DNA from: Chitinophaga pinensis
GTDB lineage: Bacteria; Bacteroidota; Bacteroidia; NS11-12g; UBA955
Length of the DNA: 64,000 nucleotides
Assembly: GCA_945877575.1 (NCBI GenBank)
Contig: CAMDUE010000003.1
Location: forward strand, 88,174 to 152,173
Direction: 5' to 3'
Below are positions 51,541 through 58,791 of the stretch, one piece after another. The notes under the pieces were generated by a model. The model was not told the origin of the DNA, did no database searches, and saw nothing but the letters and a program-made list of their open reading frames with translations. Position 1 is the stretch's first letter. Each line of letters starts with the position of its first letter. A program made the position numbers and the translations under genes.

Positions 51541-53118
51541 ATGTCTAACATCATTCATATCGCAAAAACCCTGAAAAATGGAAACATCATGGAGCATTTC
51601 CATGCTGCCGCGATCATGAATTCAAATCGCCTTGCCATTGCCGATCAGCATTCGCAAGTGACTTTTGATGAATTAAGACATAAAATTGAAAACGCTCATT
51701 CATTATTTATGGAGCGTGGCCTTAAATCCGGCGACCGTGTTTTGGTCTTTGTGCCCATGAGTATTGATTTATACATCAGCGTTTTAGCTTTATTCAAAAT
51801 GGGCTGTACCGCCGTTTTCATTGATGAGTGGGCCAAAATAGACCGTTTAAAAAAGTCATGCCAAATAGCAGATTGTAAAGGATTTATAGGCATTCCCGCT
51901 GCATCTTCTTTGGGATTCTTAATCCAGGAAATTAGAAAAATCCCCGTCCGCATGACCACACGAGAAATTCGACATGCAAAGAAAAGTCATTACCATGATT
52001 TGGCAACTATTGATGGTTCAAACGACACCGCGCTCATCACTTTCACTACGGGCAGCACAGGCACACCCAAAGCGGTAAAACGCAGCCATGAAATTCTCCA
52101 TCAACAGTTTTTGTCCCTCCAAAACACCATACAAACCCGCGATGACACTGTAGATATGCCGGTGTTACCCATTGTTTTATTGATTAATTTAGGGTTAGGG
52201 GTCAGCAGCGTAATCGTAAAATGGAGCAGCAAAAAGCCTTACGCACTGAAGGCAAAAAAGATCATCAAAACCATACAAAAATTTCGGGTCAATCGCATCA
52301 TTGCTTCCCCTTATTTCATTGATCAACTTTGCATTAAGAGCCTTACCGAAAACAATTCTCCAAAATTAAGTTCGGTGCGCGAAGTCTTCAGCGGAGGAGC
52401 GCCTGTTTTCCCATCTGAAGCCAAATTATGGCTCACTGCATTTCCAGACTCTAAAGTTGAAATTGTATACGGAAGCACCGAGGCCGAACCTATTTCAAGC
52501 ATCAATGCACGGAAACTCATGCAAACCACCGACTCCACTTTTGAGGATGGGCTTTTTGTGGGAAGAGTAGAATCTTGTACACAAGTTAAAATTCTAAATC
52601 TAAAAACTCAGGAAACTCTCAAACCCATAGAAATCGGGGAGATTGCGGTTGCAGGAAATCATGTTGTAAAAGAGTATTTTGGTCCTGATTCTGCTGCTCA
52701 AATGGCTGAATCAAAGCTTCTCATTGATGGACATTTATTCCACAAAACGGGAGATTCCGGCTACATTGACCACCAAGGAAACCTTCATTTATTGGGCCGC
52801 TGCCAACAAATCATTGAGTGGCAGGGACAACCGTTGTACCCATTTCTGATGGAATATCAACTGCGCCACATTCCTGGCGTAATTATGGGTACCGTCTTAA
52901 AAATCAACGATAAACTCGTTTACTTCTTAGAGTTAAAACGCTGTAAATCCTTCCAGCATCTAGCATACCCAAAACTGGGTTGCTTCTCGCCCATTACCGA
53001 GGATTTGCGTTCCTTGGGACTGCCTGACGGCGACATTCGACTGGTCAAGATACCAAGAGATCCCAGACATTTCAGCAAGATTGATTATAGAGTTTTGCAA
53101 AAAATGCAAAAAATGTAA
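51541..53118 (+). CDS. AMP-forming acyl/aryl-CoA (or carrier-protein) ligase
   Basis: The AMP-binding motif is TFTTGSTGTPKAV, with ...YGSTE... The start is 2 nt after the upstream stop. Confidence 0.75.
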   Translation: MSNIIHIAKTLKNGNIMEHFHAAAIMNSNRLAIADQHSQVTFDELRHKIENAHSLFMERGLKSGDRVLVFVPMSIDLYISVLALFKMGCTAVFIDEWAKIDRLKKSCQIADCKGFIGIPAASSLGFLIQEIRKIPVRMTTREIRHAKKSHYHDLATIDGSNDTALITFTTGSTGTPKAVKRSHEILHQQFLSLQNTIQTRDDTVDMPVLPIVLLINLGLGVSSVIVKWSSKKPYALKAKKIIKTIQKFRVNRIIASPYFIDQLCIKSLTENNSPKLSSVREVFSGGAPVFPSEAKLWLTAFPDSKVEIVYGSTEAEPISSINARKLMQTTDSTFEDGLFVGRVESCTQVKILNLKTQETLKPIEIGEIAVAGNHVVKEYFGPDSAAQMAESKLLIDGHLFHKTGDSGYIDHQGNLHLLGRCQQIIEWQGQPLYPFLMEYQLRHIPGVIMGTVLKINDKLVYFLELKRCKSFQHLAYPKLGCFSPITEDLRSLGLPDGDIRLVKIPRDPRHFSKIDYRVLQKMQKM

Positions 53119-53120
53119 GG

Positions 53121-53160
53121 AATGTGTATTTTTTTTAATCATACACATTGTTTATTTTTG
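53121..53160. terminator. hairpin plus T-run after the ligase gene
   Basis: aatgtgtat-N11-atacacatt followed by gtttattttt. Confidence 0.4.
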
Positions 53161-53164
53161 ATGT

Positions 53165-53566
53165 ATGAATAAAATCAGGGTAAACATTACCATTAACAAA
53201 GAAATACACGAGAAGGCCAAATTTTTTTCATTAAAGGAAGGAAAAAGCCTGAGTGAAAATATCGAAGATTTACTCACTCAATATTATTGGCAAAAAGCAG
53301 AGGGTATTGTATCTGAGCCTACTTCTCATTACAATTCCACATTGGAGCTGAATGGAATGTCTCCATTGCAAAATTCAATGTCCGATATTTTCAATCAATT
53401 ACACCCAGAACAGCAGATTGAACTGTTCCATTATGGGGAATACTTATTATCTAAGAATCCTTCTCCCACAAAAAAAATAAGTCTGCACGGAATTTTCAGA
53501 GACCAAATCATGATATCTGAAGATTTCGATGAACCTCTCGACATTTTCAAAGATTACATGCCATGA
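53165..53566 (+). CDS. type II antitoxin (RHH-like N-domain plus DUF2281-like C-terminal motif)
   Basis: The C-terminal DFDEPLDIFKDY motif is present. There is a 4 nt overlap (ATGA) with the downstream PIN gene. Confidence 0.55.
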   Translation: MNKIRVNITINKEIHEKAKFFSLKEGKSLSENIEDLLTQYYWQKAEGIVSEPTSHYNSTLELNGMSPLQNSMSDIFNQLHPEQQIELFHYGEYLLSKNPSPTKKISLHGIFRDQIMISEDFDEPLDIFKDYMP

Positions 53567-53949
53567 ATCACTTGATTGATACTCATACATTATTGTGGTA
53601 TTTGAATGCAGACAAAAAACTGTCAAAAAATGCTTTACATACCATCGAAGACCCCAATAACCGAATTTTCATCAGTCAAGCAACCCTCATTGAAATGGCC
53701 ATTAAAGTAAGCATGGGGAAATTAAAATTACCTTGCGAATGGGATGAATTATTTTTTCAGTTCAATAAAATAGGCTGGTCTATTTTGCCCTTTCGAAACG
53801 TCGATTTTGCAAGGTTGAGTAAACTACCCTTCCACCACGGTGACCCATTCGATAGATTGATGGCATGTCAGTGTTTAAATCAGAAACTTGACATTATTAG
53901 CAAGGACCCAATCTTTGAAAAACACAAAATAAAACGGATTTGGAATTAG
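53563..53949 (+). CDS. PIN-domain ribonuclease toxin (VapC-like)
   Basis: The N-terminus MNHLIDTHTLLWY (catalytic Asp) and the 128 aa length fit. Confidence 0.7.
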   Translation: MNHLIDTHTLLWYLNADKKLSKNALHTIEDPNNRIFISQATLIEMAIKVSMGKLKLPCEWDELFFQFNKIGWSILPFRNVDFARLSKLPFHHGDPFDRLMACQCLNQKLDIISKDPIFEKHKIKRIWN

Positions 53950-54557
53950 GCTGAAAACGCCTGAGGAATTTTTCTCAAATTCTTGAAAACAAGAGTGAAA
54001 AATCCTAATAAGGAATATTGCGAAATCACTTTGTAATCTTCTGAAGACTTTTTAAAGATTGATTTGAGTGATTTATTGCTCGCTCCATCTACACGCATAT
54101 GTGTGGTGTAAATATTTAAATACTTGATTTGAAATTTATTTGAAGAAAAGAGTCTTAAAATAAAATCGTAATCGGCTGCTATCCTAAAATTGGTGTTGAA
54201 TCCACCTAGAGTATTGTAAAAGTCTCTCTTTAAAAATAGGGTTGGATGAGGTGGCATCCATCCGTATTTCAAATTTTCAGACTTAAAAGGCTTTGACTTC
54301 CAATCTCTCACTACTTTATTTGAATCGCTCTGAGACACATATTTCAAGTTTGCATACACGCCATCAACTTGTTCTGAATGCAGTGATTTATAAAGATTCT
54401 CGAGCACATTAACATCTGGAAAGAAATCATCGGAATGAATAAATCCAACCACATCACCGGTTGCCATTGAGATTCCTTTATTCAAAGCATAATACAGGCC
54501 GTCATCTTTTTCAGATATAACCTTAATTCTTGGATCATTGAATTGCTGAATTTTCAA
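53946..54557 (-). pseudogene. 5'-truncated family 2 glycosyltransferase
   Basis: The DxD region (GFIHSDDFF) and the ISEKDDGLYYALNKGI block are kept. The ~60 aa N-terminal (V)DDGSxD region is missing. The ORF starts about 120 nt from a tRNA gene. Confidence 0.45.
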
Positions 54558-54681
54558 AAGAGTTTAGTACCTAATGGGGTGTGCGTATAACCTAGTTAGT
54601 CGTGTGTAATCTTTGCAATAGAAATAGTAAAGGATTGAAACAAGCCATAAAAAAAGCCCCCAATTACTTGGAGGCTTCTTG

Positions 54682-54755
54682 TGGGCCCACTTGGAATCGA
54701 ACCAAGCACCTACTGATTATGAGTCAGTTGCTCTAACCGAATGAGCTATAGGCCC
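54682..54755 (-). tRNA. tRNA-Met (anticodon CAT; elongator or possibly Ile-lysidine type), copy 1
   Basis: Hand-folded: GGGCCTA-TA-GCTC-ATTCGGTT-AGAGC-A-ACTGA-CTCATAA-TCAGT-AGGTG-CTTGG-TTCGATT-CCAAG-TGGGCCC-A. G1-C72 are paired. CCA is not encoded. Confidence 0.8.
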
Positions 54756-54897
54756 GAAATAGGTTGCAAAGATACACATTTTGAGGATTTTTAAAGTCCA
54801 ATTGCAACCTATTTGTAATTAGGGCTGTTTATCTTACCTACTATGAACCCAACTATCCATAAAGGTTTATTCGGTCTTATTCAATAACTCCCCCATC

Positions 54898-55023
54898 CTA
54901 CTGTATGATTAAACGGGTTGAAAACACGTTTCCAGACGCCATAACTTGAATTTGATAAACCCCAGCACCCAACTTAAGATCTAGTGTTTCATTGCTTACG
55001 TCTTCAAAAGATTGCTCCAAAAC
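54898..55023 (-). pseudogene. remnant: the C-terminal ~41 codons of a T9SS sorting domain
   Basis: The reverse-strand translation is VLEQSFEDVSNETLDLKLGAGVYQIQVMASGNVFSTRLIIQ*, with no upstream ORF (stops in frame). Confidence 0.45.
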
Positions 55024-55328
55024 CTATAGTCGTTATAATTACTTAATTAGACATCGGTCATTCCAATCTTATATATCTCAAAATCTATCAGCGCTTATGG
55101 TGCTAGATCATATAATAAAGTGTATTTTTTTAAAATAAGTCCGATTGATTTTGTCACAAAATTGTACCCTCATAATAAATTTAATCCCCGCGACTAAAAG
55201 AGTTCGTCTGTGTTCATCATTTTTTTCGTATAATTGTAACGAATTTATGTACCACCAAACAACAAACTGAAATAAAAATCTTAAACGTTAGAAATTTATA
55301 TAAGTCTTTTATTATTGCTTTTGTTGGC

Positions 55329-56213
55329 TTGTCGGTACAAACTCTTTTTGCCCAAGTGGGAATTGGAACCACAACCCCGTCGAATTCATCACAATTGGAA
55401 ATTTCATCAAGTGCTAGGGGTTTATTAATTCCACGTGTAGCGTTAACCAGTTTAACTTCTGCTTCACCAGTAACCTCTCCTGCTACTTCCTTAATGGTTT
55501 ACAATTCAGCAAGTGCAGGAACATATCCAAACAATGTAACCCCTGGGCACTACTATTGGAATGGAACCGCTTGGCAACGTCTGGAAAATCAAACAAGCAA
55601 TCCTGCCGAGTTTCATTGGAATCATGTCGAAGGAAATCCGACCCAAAATGGTTTGGGCGCCACATTGGTGGGCAACGCTTCATGGCAAACCAATTTTGTT
55701 AGATTAACACCTGCACAGAATAATCAAAATGGCAGTGTTTATTGGGTAAAAGATATCGATTGGAACGCACCACTACATATTTCAGCTCAAACGTCTGCCG
55801 GTGGTGGAAACGGTGGGGATGGTATTTGGTTGTTTTGGGGTGCTACCTCATCTGCCGTGGGTTCCACTGCAAGAGCCAATACCGTTGCCGGTGGAATATC
55901 CATTTACTATGAAGAAATTGGCGATAAAGTCCAAGTGTACAAAAATGGAACACTCGTACAAACATTCTCAGATATTTCTACCTTTGATAACGGAAAATGG
56001 CAAGTTCAAGATGTTTATTTTGGCGTAAATTCAGACGGCACTCGATATTTAGACATTCGCATAAATAATGGTATTTATTTGGGAACTGTGCAACTAGGCT
56101 CCTTTACTGCTGGAGGAGATTATTTTGGCTTTGGTTCTTTCACCGGTCTATCCGACCACAATCATGACGTACGCAGAATACTAATCCAATCGGGAGTTCA
56201 TAAACCACGATAA
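55329..56213 (+). CDS. secreted L-type (legume-like) lectin-domain protein, paralog 1. It may lack a canonical start.
   Basis: It is homologous throughout to 56260..57186. The blocks GDGIWLFWGATSS and GFGSFTG look like the legume-lectin ADGLAFF and VGFSASTG blocks. The signal-peptide-coding sequence (…KSFIIAFVGLSVQTLFAQ) lies in frame upstream, from about 55272. No ATG, GTG or TTG precedes it, and the only candidate starts are ATA or ATC. Confidence 0.5.
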   Translation: MSVQTLFAQVGIGTTTPSNSSQLEISSSARGLLIPRVALTSLTSASPVTSPATSLMVYNSASAGTYPNNVTPGHYYWNGTAWQRLENQTSNPAEFHWNHVEGNPTQNGLGATLVGNASWQTNFVRLTPAQNNQNGSVYWVKDIDWNAPLHISAQTSAGGGNGGDGIWLFWGATSSAVGSTARANTVAGGISIYYEEIGDKVQVYKNGTLVQTFSDISTFDNGKWQVQDVYFGVNSDGTRYLDIRINNGIYLGTVQLGSFTAGGDYFGFGSFTGLSDHNHDVRRILIQSGVHKPR

Positions 56214-56259
56214 CCAAATAACAATATTTAAAAACTAGCGCTCTTCGCCATTAAGAATT

Positions 56260-57186
56260 ATGAAAAATTTCAATAGGCAACTCGCCATAATTTCTATGCT
56301 GATTTTATCGGCAAATTTGAATGCCCAAATCGGGATTGGAACTACCAGTCCTGCTGCATCGGCTGAATTGGATGTAACTTCCACTACCAAAGGGGTTTTA
56401 ATTCCGAGATTAGCGTTGGGCAGTATAACGTCAGCATCTCCTGTTACGAGTCCCACAACTTCATTATTGGTTTACAATACGGCGACTGCCGGGACATTCC
56501 CCAACAATGTTACCCCAGGATATTACTACTGGAATGGAACCACTTGGCAACGTTTAGAAGATCAAACTAACAATCCCGGTGAATTCCATTGGAATTATGT
56601 GGAAGGAAATCCAACTACCGGTGGTTTGGGAGCAACATTGGTAGGCAATGCATCGTGGCAAACCAGTCATGTACGTCTAACCTCTGCAGGTGGCAGTCTA
56701 ACGGGCAACGTTTATTGGGTTAAAGATATCGATTGGACTGCTCCGCTATATTTCTCAGTACAAACCTGGGCCGGTGGAGGCACCGGTGCGGATGGAATTT
56801 GGTTATTTTTCGGAGCTACCTCCTCTGCTGTGGGTTCCACTGCATTACATTCTACGGCTGCCAGTGGAATTTCGGTTTTTTTGGATGAAATAGGTGACCA
56901 AGTTTCCGTTTACAAAAACGGGACATTGGTAAAATCATTATCCACCGTTACGAACTTAGACAATAGCCAGTGGCAAGTTCATGAGTTCTTCTTTGGTAAA
57001 AATGCGGATGGAACACGCTTTTTGGATGTCAAAACCAATAACGGCGAATATCTAGGCACCGTTGATGTAGGTTCGTTCACTGCAGGTGGAGACTATGTTG
57101 GCGTTGGGGGTTGGACAGGAGCCTCAACAAACGAACACAGAGTGAGACGATTATTGATACAAAGCGCTGTTCACAAACCGCGTTAA
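56260..57186 (+). CDS. secreted L-type (legume-like) lectin-domain protein, paralog 2
   Basis: The signal peptide is MKNFNRQLAIISMLILSANLNAQ. The lectin-like blocks are ADGIWLFFGATSS, YVGVGGWTGAS and HRVRRLLIQS. Confidence 0.55.
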   Translation: MKNFNRQLAIISMLILSANLNAQIGIGTTSPAASAELDVTSTTKGVLIPRLALGSITSASPVTSPTTSLLVYNTATAGTFPNNVTPGYYYWNGTTWQRLEDQTNNPGEFHWNYVEGNPTTGGLGATLVGNASWQTSHVRLTSAGGSLTGNVYWVKDIDWTAPLYFSVQTWAGGGTGADGIWLFFGATSSAVGSTALHSTAASGISVFLDEIGDQVSVYKNGTLVKSLSTVTNLDNSQWQVHEFFFGKNADGTRFLDVKTNNGEYLGTVDVGSFTAGGDYVGVGGWTGASTNEHRVRRLLIQSAVHKPR

Positions 57187-57216
57187 TACGAAATAGATAG
57201 CCCCGTTACCAACTGT

Positions 57217-57253
57217 CCTCTGCGTAAGACCCTAATCAGGTCTTACGCAGAGG
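57217..57253. terminator. perfect 15 bp GC-rich hairpin between convergent genes (bidirectional terminator)
   Basis: cctctgcgtaagacc-ctaatca-ggtcttacgcagagg. Confidence 0.6.
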
Positions 57254-57268
57254 TTGTGCCCAATACAT

Positions 57269-57752
57269 TTATTCTGATTCAACCCAAATCCCTAATCGTC
57301 TAAACACGTATTGGTGATTCATAAAGTCGAGTACCATAGTTTCAGGGGTTAATTCTTTCAAGTTGAATTTCCCGTTGGAGGAAATACCGCCCATTCCCAT
57401 GATTTTGGTCTTTTTAATGATCAAACTGGTCGTATTGAACAGCCATTCACTTTCGAATCCGTATGCATCGCAATTTTCAATGGGTTGGCATTTAACTAGT
57501 AATCTGCGGGTGGTACTGTCTTTATAGAACACCCAAGGCATTGAGGGTTAAAGGCATGCGCTTTTTAGACTGAGGTCCGTGCTTGAACCTTACTAATTTC
57601 CACGATCCGATAATATCATTTTCGGTAATTTTCTTTTTGGTGGAAGACAGCCTGGCCCTGCCGGTGCTTCTACTGGTATTGGCATGTTGTGAAACAGCTT
57701 CCCCCGAAAGGAAAAACAAGAGGGCTGTAAGTAGTGCAAATTTCAGGTTCAT
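57269..57752 (-). pseudogene. lipocalin-like lipoprotein gene split by a frameshift near 57522..57541
   Basis: Two overlapping ORFs in different frames (76 aa with a signal peptide and GSWKLV, then 90 aa) read as one protein across the junction. This is either a real frameshift or a sequencing error. Confidence 0.4.
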
Positions 57753-57797
57753 GGGACAAAAATATCGATATTTAACGAATTATATTAAATTGCAAAA

Positions 57798-57896
57798 ATG
57801 AAAAAAGCATTGCAACTGGGTATTTTATTTTTTGGAATGTCGGGCTGTGCAGTAACGATTCCCATTGTAAGTGGACCTAAAATTCGGACTGGATAA
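57798..57896 (+). CDS. possible small lipoprotein (32 aa, entericidin-like)
   Basis: Translated by hand: MKKALQLGILFFGMSGCAVTIPIVSGPKIRTG. It has a signal peptide plus Cys. Confidence 0.3.
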   Translation: MKKALQLGILFFGMSGCAVTIPIVSGPKIRTG

Positions 57897-57927
57897 AATT
57901 CGGCAAAAAAATGCTGAGAGGCTTTCG

Positions 57928-58001
57928 TGGGCCCACTTGGAATCGAACCAAGCACCTACTGATTATGAGTCAGTTGCTCTAACCGAATGAGCTATAGGCC
58001 C
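57928..58001 (-). tRNA. tRNA-Met (CAT), copy 2, identical to copy 1
   Basis: It has the same 74 nt as 54682..54755. The 3' flanks are partly similar (gaggcttcttg versus gaggctttcg). Confidence 0.8.
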
Positions 58002-58125
58002 GCCCTTAAAGGACTGCAAATATAAGGATTTTTCATTTATTTAAACCAACTATCACACCACATTTGCAGTACTTCATCTACTTTTATACTATACTTGTGA
58101 CTGAATCTAACATACCCTAAAGCCT

Positions 58126-58791
58126 ATGAAAATTGGATTGTTGCTTTGCTTGAGCTGGATCAGCGCCTTTTTTCCAACTAATATTTACCAGAATCCACAG
58201 AAAGAAAAAGAGTGGCATAAAAGTCGTGAAGGTGATGGAATCACCGTTTATACCCGATCACAAGAGGGCACTCCCTTCAAAGAAATCAAGGCCATTGTTA
58301 CCATTGAGAGTTCTTTAAATGCAATCGTCGGAGCATTAATTGATTACGACAACTACAAGAACTGGGTATACTCCACTTCAAAGTCCAAATTAGTCAAAAA
58401 AATCAACGAAAAAGAATTCCTGGCCTATCACTACATTGACGCTCCATGGCCTGTAAACGATAGAGATGTAGTCATGTATATTTCCCTAAGTCAAGATGCC
58501 AAAACGCACAAAACCACTGTTTATTCAACATCTCAACACAACTATTTAAAATCGGTAGAAAATGTAGTGCGGGTTAAAAATAATGTAGCGATTTGGGAAC
58601 TTCAGCCTGTAGCCAAAAACAAAATTGAATGTACTTACTACCTTAAATCTGATCCCGGCGGAAGCGTCCCTGCTTGGATTCTCAATATGTTCATAACCGA
58701 AGGGCCTTATGAAAGCATAAAAAAACTTAAAAATATCGAGGTGCAGAAACACAGCAGCTTCAAACACCCCGATATCAAAGAGAAGTTTTAA
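58126..58791 (+). CDS. START/SRPBCC lipid-binding domain protein (secreted)
   Basis: A signal peptide is present. The START-like length and pattern fit (…YHYIDAPWPVNDRDVV…). Confidence 0.45.
   Translation: MKIGLLLCLSWISAFFPTNIYQNPQKEKEWHKSREGDGITVYTRSQEGTPFKEIKAIVTIESSLNAIVGALIDYDNYKNWVYSTSKSKLVKKINEKEFLAYHYIDAPWPVNDRDVVMYISLSQDAKTHKTTVYSTSQHNYLKSVENVVRVKNNVAIWELQPVAKNKIECTYYLKSDPGGSVPAWILNMFITEGPYESIKKLKNIEVQKHSSFKHPDIKEKF

Noticed and set aside
54558-58125. Integrated mobile element or prophage at the tRNA-Met genes
   Set aside because: No integrase, transposase, phage genes or att-like partial tRNA repeats are present. I describe it as a rearrangement hotspot only.
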